A stretch of 64,000 bases of DNA, taken from the NCBI RefSeq assembly GCF_038025025.1, contig NW_027117342.1:620001-684000 (forward strand), read 5' to 3'. Below are positions 57,556 through 64,000 of the stretch, in pieces. A program made the translations under genes and the position numbers. The notes under the pieces were generated by a model. It was not told the DNA's origin. It saw only the letters and a program-made list of their open reading frames with translations, and did not search any database. How positions within the stretch are numbered: position 1 is the stretch's first letter; each line of letters begins with the position of its first letter. The stretch comes from Phyllosticta citribraziliensis. Lineage: Eukaryota.

Positions 57556-60500
57556 TCATGCCGCTCGACGACGCGCCGTTGGCGCAGCCACCAGGACGTA
57601 GGTGCTCGTAGTCGGATGACCAAACAGACCGCCTCCGATGGTGGTGGTAACTGTCGATGTCCTGGATACCGAGCCGGAAGTTGTCGTGCGTGTGCTCAAA
57701 TGCGTCGGAACACCAACAATGACGTACGTACTCACTGTTCCTCCTATCCCCAGGAGGCCTCCGTATGTGGTACTGGCGATGCGGGTGTATCCCGTGAGAC
57801 CGCCTGTGATGGTTGATGTCGAATAAACTGGCCCAGAAGGCGTACAGGTCTGGATGTTGTTGTTGACACATTCGAGGACTTCAGCGCCGGTATTGCTGTG
57901 CAGCACATCGGGGATGAAGCAGTACGCGGCGGCTCCTAGACCATAGACTCCCAAGGCGGTTTGGCAAAGAGCGGCGGAAGCTTGGTTGATGAGGCCACCG
58001 AATCCAAACGTGGTAAAGTTTTGACACACACTTGGGATGACCGAGACGCAGTTGTCGCACATGGGGACGTGGCTGGTCAAGCAAGCATCGAAATCGCTGC
58101 CCGTGAAAACGCTGAGAATCGAAGAGGTGAAACAAACGGCTGCGTCGTACACGCCGAAGACGCCCAGTGCAGTTTGACATGCCGTCGTGTCCAAGGTGTT
58201 GAACAAAGAGTCAAACAGGCCTAAGTTGCCATGGCCCAAGGAGCCGCACTCATCTGGTAGTGATGTGACGCAGGCCGTTGCTGTCGCCGTACCACAGGCC
58301 GTTGTCGTGGTGCTCGTAAGGATTGCAGTCGGGGTTTCGGCATTGGAGCAAATGGGAAGGCTGTCGTCCAAGCAGTTGATGAAGTCGATACCGGTGAATG
58401 AATCCAAGGCATTTTCCAAAAAGCAGGCTCCTCCAGCACCTCGGCCGTACAAGCCCAGAGCGAACTGACATGTCTCTGCAACGACGCCGCTCAGTGCACC
58501 ATTAGCCAAGCTCGTCAGATTTGTGCAAGCAGCAGGGATACTGAGAAAGCAAGATGGACACATTGGTATGTGCGAAAACAAGCACGAGTAAAAGTCTTGG
58601 CCCGTGAAGAGGGAGAGAAGAGAAGACACGAAGCAGGAAGCGCCATTGACTGTTCCGAGGGTTCCCAAAGCGACTTGACATGCAGCCAGATCGATTGCGT
58701 CTCCTATGTCGGAAAAGATGTTTGTAAGCTCCGTCCTTGGCTGGCAGGCGCTTGGAAGCTGGTCAAAGTACAGGCAAGTCGGCGCCGCGGCGATATTTGT
58801 CGGTAGACAGGCGCTAGGGGTCTGTATGAGCACCGTCTCTACATTCGCGCCGCCAGATTCGGGCGTCAAAGTCGTCGTCAAGGTGGTCGATTGACTGTAA
58901 GGGAAAGTCAACGTGACCGTCGCAGTCGGCCCTGTCGCGCTTGATGTGGGTGGTGTCGTTGGCGTCTGGATCAAAATTGTGACGGCAGTAGCGCTGGGGG
59001 CGGTGGGGTAGTACGACGTGGCCGTCAGAGAGCCAGGATACCCGCTTGTGAGATAAATCGTAGCTGTTGTTGGCGTAGCCGTGGGCGTGGCTATAACGAC
59101 AGTAACCAAAGTATCTCCAGCGGAAAGTGGGTCGATAGTCGTCGTGAGCGTGTTGTACCCGCTCCAGGGGAGCGTGACGGTCGTCGTGTATGTAGTCGGC
59201 TGCGCTGTTGGCGTGTTTACAACAATTGTGACTTCATGGGGTCCGGTCGCGACAGGCTGGATCGTTTGCGACGAAGTCGTGTATCCAGACCAGCCGCTAG
59301 TCAAGAAGACGGTATTTGTCGCAAAGGTTGGCGTCCCGACGACTATGGTAATCACAGGAGAGCCTGTGGGATTTGGCGTCAACGTAGTCGTCGTGGGGCT
59401 GCTTCCCCCGAAAGGTATGGTGCGGGTGGTGGTGCTGAAGATGGTTGGCGTTTCTATAAGCACGGTTTCTATTCTAGAGCCAGTGAGGCCCGGCCCAACG
59501 GTGCGAGTCGTCTCTTCGGAGCCTTCCCAGCCGATGGTATGGGTCACAGTGCTCGTTGCGGAAGGAATTTCGACGAGGATAGTCACAATTTGCGGATCCG
59601 TCAATGCCGTGGGGTACAAAGTCGTGGTAGACAAAAAGCTGACGGAATTGTGCGTTGTTCGGGTGACGGTAGCCGTCGCCTGAGGTGTCAAGACCAGAAC
59701 CGATACTTCCTGCACGCCTGTCGAGGCAGGAATCAACGTGGTGGTGGATGGGGTCGTGTCAAAGTAGCCAGAAGTGGTTGTGACTGTCGGGAGGTTCGTA
59801 AACATGGCAGGATCGGGAGTTTCTATGAGTACTGTAGCTTGGTATTCCCCGGAAGGATCTGGCTGGAAAGTTTGTGTGGTAACAACATATCCAGCGTAGC
59901 CGCTTGTCAGTGTCGTGGTCTGCAAAGGAACAGTATAAGTTGGCGTCTGGATAAGCACAGTAACCACGGGCGCTCCTCCTAGCGCAGCGACGAGGGTTAT
60001 GGTCCTAGTTTGGCTTCCAGTGTAGGGGAGGACCTGGGTAGTAGTAGTAGGCCCAAAGTCGGCCGCCGTCGGCGAAAGATAGACGACAGTGAGAATTTGC
60101 TCGCCTGTTGGGTCTGGCAGCTGCGTTGACCACGAAGCCCGGTAAGCAACAACTCCTGACGTGATTGTAGTAGTAGCCGAGAACGACGGGGTGGCTGCTA
60201 TGACTGTAACTTGAGTCTCCCCGCCGCTCTCTGGATAGAGAGTTGTGTAGGAGTTGGTAATTCCCACGTAGCCCGAGTATATGGTCGTGGTAGGCGTGGG
60301 GATTTGTTGAATGACCGAAACCACGCCATCCGGCCCCGGCGGATACGTGAGCGCCGCGGAGGTCGAATCTGAGTAGATGGAGGTGATGTAGCTGGTCAGG
60401 AACGGAGCGTCGTAAATTACTGAGACCACGCCGTCGGGGCCGGGCGGGAGAGTTGTGAGAGAGGGGGTGGCCCCTGAATAGAAAGATGTCAGAGTAGTTG

Positions 60501-63500
60501 TCGGGTATGGTGCCTCATAAATGACCGAAACCACACCATCTGGTCCAGGGGATAGAGTTGAGAGTGAGGGGGTCGTTTCCGCATAGTAGGAAGTCAGAGT
60601 GGTGGTTTGCAGGGGCAATTCGTAAATGACCGAGACCAATCCATCGGGACCAGGAGCCAGGGTCGATAGGGACGGCGTTGTGCCCGTAAAGAAAGACGTG
60701 AGTGTGGTTGTGCTCAGGGGTATGTCGTAAATGACTGAAACCAGTCCATCGGGGCCAGGAGCCAAGGTTGAAAGAGACGGCGTCGTCCCCGCATAGAAAG
60801 ACGTGAGCGTGATCGTGCTCAAGGGCAAATCATAGATGACGGTGACCAATCCATCAGGGCCAGGAGCCAAGGTTGAGAGAGAAGGCGTCGCTCCCGCGTA
60901 GAAAGACGTCAATGTGGTCGTGCTCAAGGGCGAATCGTAAATGACCGTGACTAATCCATCAGGGCCCGGCGGCAAAGTCGAAAAGGCGGGAGTGGCTCCG
61001 GAATAGTAAGATGTGAGCGTAATCGTGCTCAACGGAACATCGTAAATGACTGAAATCACGCCGTCGGGGCCCGGTGGCAAAGTTACGAGCGAGGGAGTTG
61101 CGCCAGAATAATAAGAAGTCTGAGTGATGGTGGTAAATGGAAGCTCTTCAACCACAGAAACCACATTGTCTGGACCCGCTGGGTATGTGGTGAGAGCTGG
61201 CGTGGTGCCTGAATAGAACGAAGTAAGCGTGGTTGTTCGAGCAAAAGGCGTCTCGTAAATCACTGTAACGTCGTCTCCGTCGTTCGACACGGGTAGCGTC
61301 GTCGCTGTCGCGTAGGTGCCCGTCCATCCGGAAGTAATAGTTGTCGTCTCCGGCTCCGCTTCCTCTGCAGGGTAGTAAATATAGACAATCACCACGCCGG
61401 CAACGTCGGGGCCAACGGTAGTTGTAGAGTAGTCGGTCCCGTCCGTTTCCATATAGGAAGTGAACGTCACGAAGCGCCGCGTTTGGGTTTGGATAACCAC
61501 AGTCACGTCACCATCAGATCCTGGCGGCAAAGTTGTTGTCGTCGTCCCGAAACCGGTGAAGCCCGACGTGCGAGTAATTGTGGATCCGATTGGAAGAGTT
61601 GGCGTCTCGATCAAAACAGTGACAACATTGTCAGGACCAGGAGCGAATGTCGTGGTAGCCGGAACGCTTCCAGAGTATCCTGAAGTCAAAGTCACTGTGC
61701 TGGGACTCGGTGTATCTATCACGACGGTGACCACCCCGTCGGGTCCTGCAGGGTACGTTGTCGTGCTCGGGGTGCTGCCAGCGTATCCAGAAGTCAAGGT
61801 GACGGTTGTTGCGGAGAAAGGAGTCTCGATTAAAACTGTGTCTGGATCTCCGCTTGCAGAGGCAAAAATTGTAGTCGAAAGCGTGATACTGCCCGTATAT
61901 CCGGAAGTTAGAGTGACGGTACTGGGCGTCGGGGTTTCGACTAGCACAGTATCTGGATCCTCGTCATTTGTTGCGTAAATAGTTGTCGAAGTGGGAGTGA
62001 TGCCGGTGTATCCTGTGTAGATTGTGGTAGTGCCTGCGTATGGCGTCTCAATAAGCACCGTGTCTGGTTCTCCAGTCTCTGTGGCATAGATGGTCGTGGA
62101 AGTTGGCGTGAGTCCCGTGTATCCCGAAGTAAGCGTAATTGTGGACGGAATAGCCGAAGAGAAGGGTGTCTCAATCAGAACTGTGTCAGGCTCATCCGTG
62201 TCAGTTGCATAGATAGTCGTTGAGGTGGGCGTCAGTCCCGTGTATCCCGAAGTGAGTGTAATCGTGGACGGCACCGCAGAAGAGAACGGCGTTTCAATTA
62301 GGACAGTGTCAGGCTCTTCCGTACCAGTCGCGTAGATAGTTGTCGAAGTAGGTGTCAACCCTGTGTATCCCGAAGTTAAAGTGATTGTCGAAGCCGAGGC
62401 GTAGGGAGTCTCTATCAAAACCGTGTCCGGTTCGTCCGTAGCTGTTGCGAAAATTGTTGTGGAGGTGGGAGTGAGCCCTGTGTACCCTGAGGTCAATGTA
62501 ATCGTGGACGGAGAAGCGAAAGGAGTCTCGACCAAGACCGTATCAGGCTCATTGACGTCGGTGGCGTAAATCGTGGTCGATGTAGGGGTAAGTCCGGTAT
62601 ATCCAGAGGTCAACGTGATAGTTGCTCGGCTCGTGGGAATTTCCACAAGAACAGTGTCAGGATCGCTGCTGATTATCGCAAAAATAGTTGTGGATGTGGG
62701 GGTGCTTCCAGCGTATCCTGAAGTAAGCGTGACGGTGCTGCGAATTGGTGCAGAAGACGAGTAGGGGGTTTCGAGCAGAACAGTGTCTGGATCATCGCTC
62801 GCCGAAGCAAAGATCGTTGTCAGCGAGGGGATGCTGCCAGTATAGCCAGATGTTAATGTGATGGTGCTTCGAGATGCAGAAGATGCAAATGGCGTTTCTA
62901 TAAGCACCGTATCTGGGTCCTCGCTCGCCGTTGCAAATATGGTCGTCAAAGAAAGCGTGCTTCCCGAGTATCCTGAGGTCAACGTGATGGTGCTCCGAAT
63001 TCTAGACGACGCGTAAGGGGTTTCCAAGAGGACAGTGTCCGGATCTTCGCTTGCTGTCGCGAAAATCGTCGTCAATGAGGGCGTGATTCCAGAATAGCCG
63101 GAGGTTAGCGTGATTGTGCTCCGAATTGCGGATGACGAGAAGGGAGTTTCGAGAAGTACAGTATCCGGATCCTCACTGGCTGTCGCAAAAATAGTGGTCA
63201 ATGAGGGCGTAAGGCCGGTATATCCAGAAGTCAACGTAATAGTGCTTCGAACTGAAGACGACGCAAAGGGAGTCTCAATAAGGACAGTATCGGGCTCGTT
63301 GCTGGCCGAAGCAAAAATAGTAGTCGTCATGGGAGTGCTGCCAAGATACCCAGAAGTAATCGTAATCGTATTTCCGGTTGCGCTTGAAGGCGTTTCGACG
63401 AGAATCGTATCGGGTGCAGTCGGGTCCGTGGCGTAGATTGTGGTCGAAGTCAGGGAGCTACCGGCATAGCCGGAAGTAATAGTTACAGTTGCTCGTGCCG

Positions 63501-64000
63501 ATGTGCTGAAAGGCGTCTCGACGAGAATTGTGTCCGAGTCTTCACTGGCCGAAGCAAAAATGGTTGTCGAAGTGGGAGTGCTTCCGAGATACCCGGATGT
63601 GAGAGTGACAGTAGCCCGCGCCGATGGGCTCAGAGGGGTCTCGACAAGGACCGTATCTGGATCTGCACTGTTTGATGCGTAGATAGTCGTTGAAGTAGGA
63701 GTGCTTCCCAGATAACCAGAGGTAATTGTCAATGTAATTCTTGAAGGCACAGCGCTCGAGGGCACCTCTACGAGCACAGTATCGGGCTCATTGCTGGCAG
63801 TGGCGAAAATTGTAGTAGAAGTGGGCGTCACACCAGTCCACGTGAGAGTCGTGGTCACAGTGTAGCCTTCTTCCGCGGAGCTCAGCGGAGTTTCAATCAG
63901 GACCGTGTCCGGCGCACCAGGAACTGTAGCAAAGATTGTTGTCGAGGTCGGAAGGAGTCCTGTGTATGCAGAAGTAATAGTAATAGTGCTTCCAGGGAAA
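57556..64000 (-). CDS. Giant Thr-rich tandem-repeat adhesin/flocculin-like protein (5'-partial) with C-terminal Cys-rich repeats
   Basis: Frame is open to the window edge. About 45 repeats of type TITLTSGYTG.TPTSTTI.A...EPDTVLIETP or TLTSFY.G.TP..STL.PGPDG.V.VIY, resembling ALS/Flo repeats, followed by four Cys-rich units. Confidence 0.9.
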   Translation of the reverse strand, partial: FPGSTITITSAYTGLLPTSTTIFATVPGAPDTVLIETPLSSAEEGYTVTTTLTWTGVTPTSTTIFATASNEPDTVLVEVPSSAVPSRITLTITSGYLGSTPTSTTIYASNSADPDTVLVETPLSPSARATVTLTSGYLGSTPTSTTIFASASEDSDTILVETPFSTSARATVTITSGYAGSSLTSTTIYATDPTAPDTILVETPSSATGNTITITSGYLGSTPMTTTIFASASNEPDTVLIETPFASSSVRSTITLTSGYTGLTPSLTTIFATASEDPDTVLLETPFSSSAIRSTITLTSGYSGITPSLTTIFATASEDPDTVLLETPYASSRIRSTITLTSGYSGSTLSLTTIFATASEDPDTVLIETPFASSASRSTITLTSGYTGSIPSLTTIFASASDDPDTVLLETPYSSSAPIRSTVTLTSGYAGSTPTSTTIFAIISSDPDTVLVEIPTSRATITLTSGYTGLTPTSTTIYATDVNEPDTVLVETPFASPSTITLTSGYTGLTPTSTTIFATATDEPDTVLIETPYASASTITLTSGYTGLTPTSTTIYATGTEEPDTVLIETPFSSAVPSTITLTSGYTGLTPTSTTIYATDTDEPDTVLIETPFSSAIPSTITLTSGYTGLTPTSTTIYATETGEPDTVLIETPYAGTTTIYTGYTGITPTSTTIYATNDEDPDTVLVETPTPSTVTLTSGYTGSITLSTTIFASASGDPDTVLIETPFSATTVTLTSGYAGSTPSTTTYPAGPDGVVTVVIDTPSPSTVTLTSGYSGSVPATTTFAPGPDNVVTVLIETPTLPIGSTITRTSGFTGFGTTTTTLPPGSDGDVTVVIQTQTRRFVTFTSYMETDGTDYSTTTVGPDVAGVVIVYIYYPAEEAEPETTTITSGWTGTYATATTLPVSNDGDDVTVIYETPFARTTTLTSFYSGTTPALTTYPAGPDNVVSVVEELPFTTITQTSYYSGATPSLVTLPPGPDGVISVIYDVPLSTITLTSYYSGATPAFSTLPPGPDGLVTVIYDSPLSTTTLTSFYAGATPSLSTLAPGPDGLVTVIYDLPLSTITLTSFYAGTTPSLSTLAPGPDGLVSVIYDIPLSTTTLTSFFTGTTPSLSTLAPGPDGLVSVIYELPLQTTTLTSYYAETTPSLSTLSPGPDGVVSVIYEAPYPTTTLTSFYSGATPSLTTLPPGPDGVVSVIYDAPFLTSYITSIYSDSTSAALTYPPGPDGVVSVIQQIPTPTTTIYSGYVGITNSYTTLYPESGGETQVTVIAATPSFSATTTITSGVVAYRASWSTQLPDPTGEQILTVVYLSPTAADFGPTTTTQVLPYTGSQTRTITLVAALGGAPVVTVLIQTPTYTVPLQTTTLTSGYAGYVVTTQTFQPDPSGEYQATVLIETPDPAMFTNLPTVTTTSGYFDTTPSTTTLIPASTGVQEVSVLVLTPQATATVTRTTHNSVSFLSTTTLYPTALTDPQIVTILVEIPSATSTVTHTIGWEGSEETTRTVGPGLTGSRIETVLIETPTIFSTTTRTIPFGGSSPTTTTLTPNPTGSPVITIVVGTPTFATNTVFLTSGWSGYTTSSQTIQPVATGPHEVTIVVNTPTAQPTTYTTTVTLPWSGYNTLTTTIDPLSAGDTLVTVVIATPTATPTTATIYLTSGYPGSLTATSYYPTAPSATAVTILIQTPTTPPTSSATGPTATVTLTFPYSQSTTLTTTLTPESGGANVETVLIQTPSACLPTNIAAAPTCLYFDQLPSACQPRTELTNIFSDIGDAIDLAACQVALGTLGTVNGASCFVSSLLSLFTGQDFYSCLFSHIPMCPSCFLSIPAACTNLTSLANGALSGVVAETCQFALGLYGRGAGGACFLENALDSFTGIDFINCLDDSLPICSNAETPTAILTSTTTTACGTATATACVTSLPDECGSLGHGNLGLFDSLFNTLDTTACQTALGVFGVYDAAVCFTSSILSVFTGSDFDACLTSHVPMCDNCVSVIPSVCQNFTTFGFGGLINQASAALCQTALGVYGLGAAAYCFIPDVLHSNTGAEVLECVNNNIQTCTPSGPVYSTSTITGGLTGYTRIASTTYGGLLGIGGTVSTYVIVGVPTHLSTRTTTSGSVSRTSTVTTTIGGGLFGHPTTSTYVLVAAPTARRRAA

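Overview
Eukaryotic DNA from a filamentous ascomycete (Pezizomycotina, probably a Dothideomycete). Genes carry short introns, mostly 45-60 nt, with CTRAC/CTAAC branch points, so the ORF track shows only exon fragments and I rebuilt the gene models by eye. The first ~41 kb is gene-dense and mostly housekeeping: VAMP7-like SNARE, PTH11-like 7TM protein, GH53 galactanase, Gea/GBF1 ARF-GEF, Anp1, Pol delta subunit 4, Dcs1, GH72 glucanosyltransferase, Zta1, Clp1, La-domain Arb1, a Mid2-like membrane protein, complex I ESSS subunit, an RRM protein, a cyclase, a TPR-like protein and a minimal MGMT. The last ~23 kb is gene-sparse and looks accessory. It holds a PR-1/CAP secreted protein between long intergenic stretches and a ~6.8 kb island (~50.3-57.3 kb). 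The island carries three same-orientation copies of a hairpin-cored repeat, frameshifted orphan genes, one intact orphan gene and a truncated SNF2-type helicase. A giant (>2100 aa, N-terminus outside the window) ALS/flocculin-like repeat protein closes the window; it has four C-terminal Cys-rich domains and no visible GPI signal. I found no tRNA, rRNA or CRISPR. All family calls come from motif recognition only; no database search was run.
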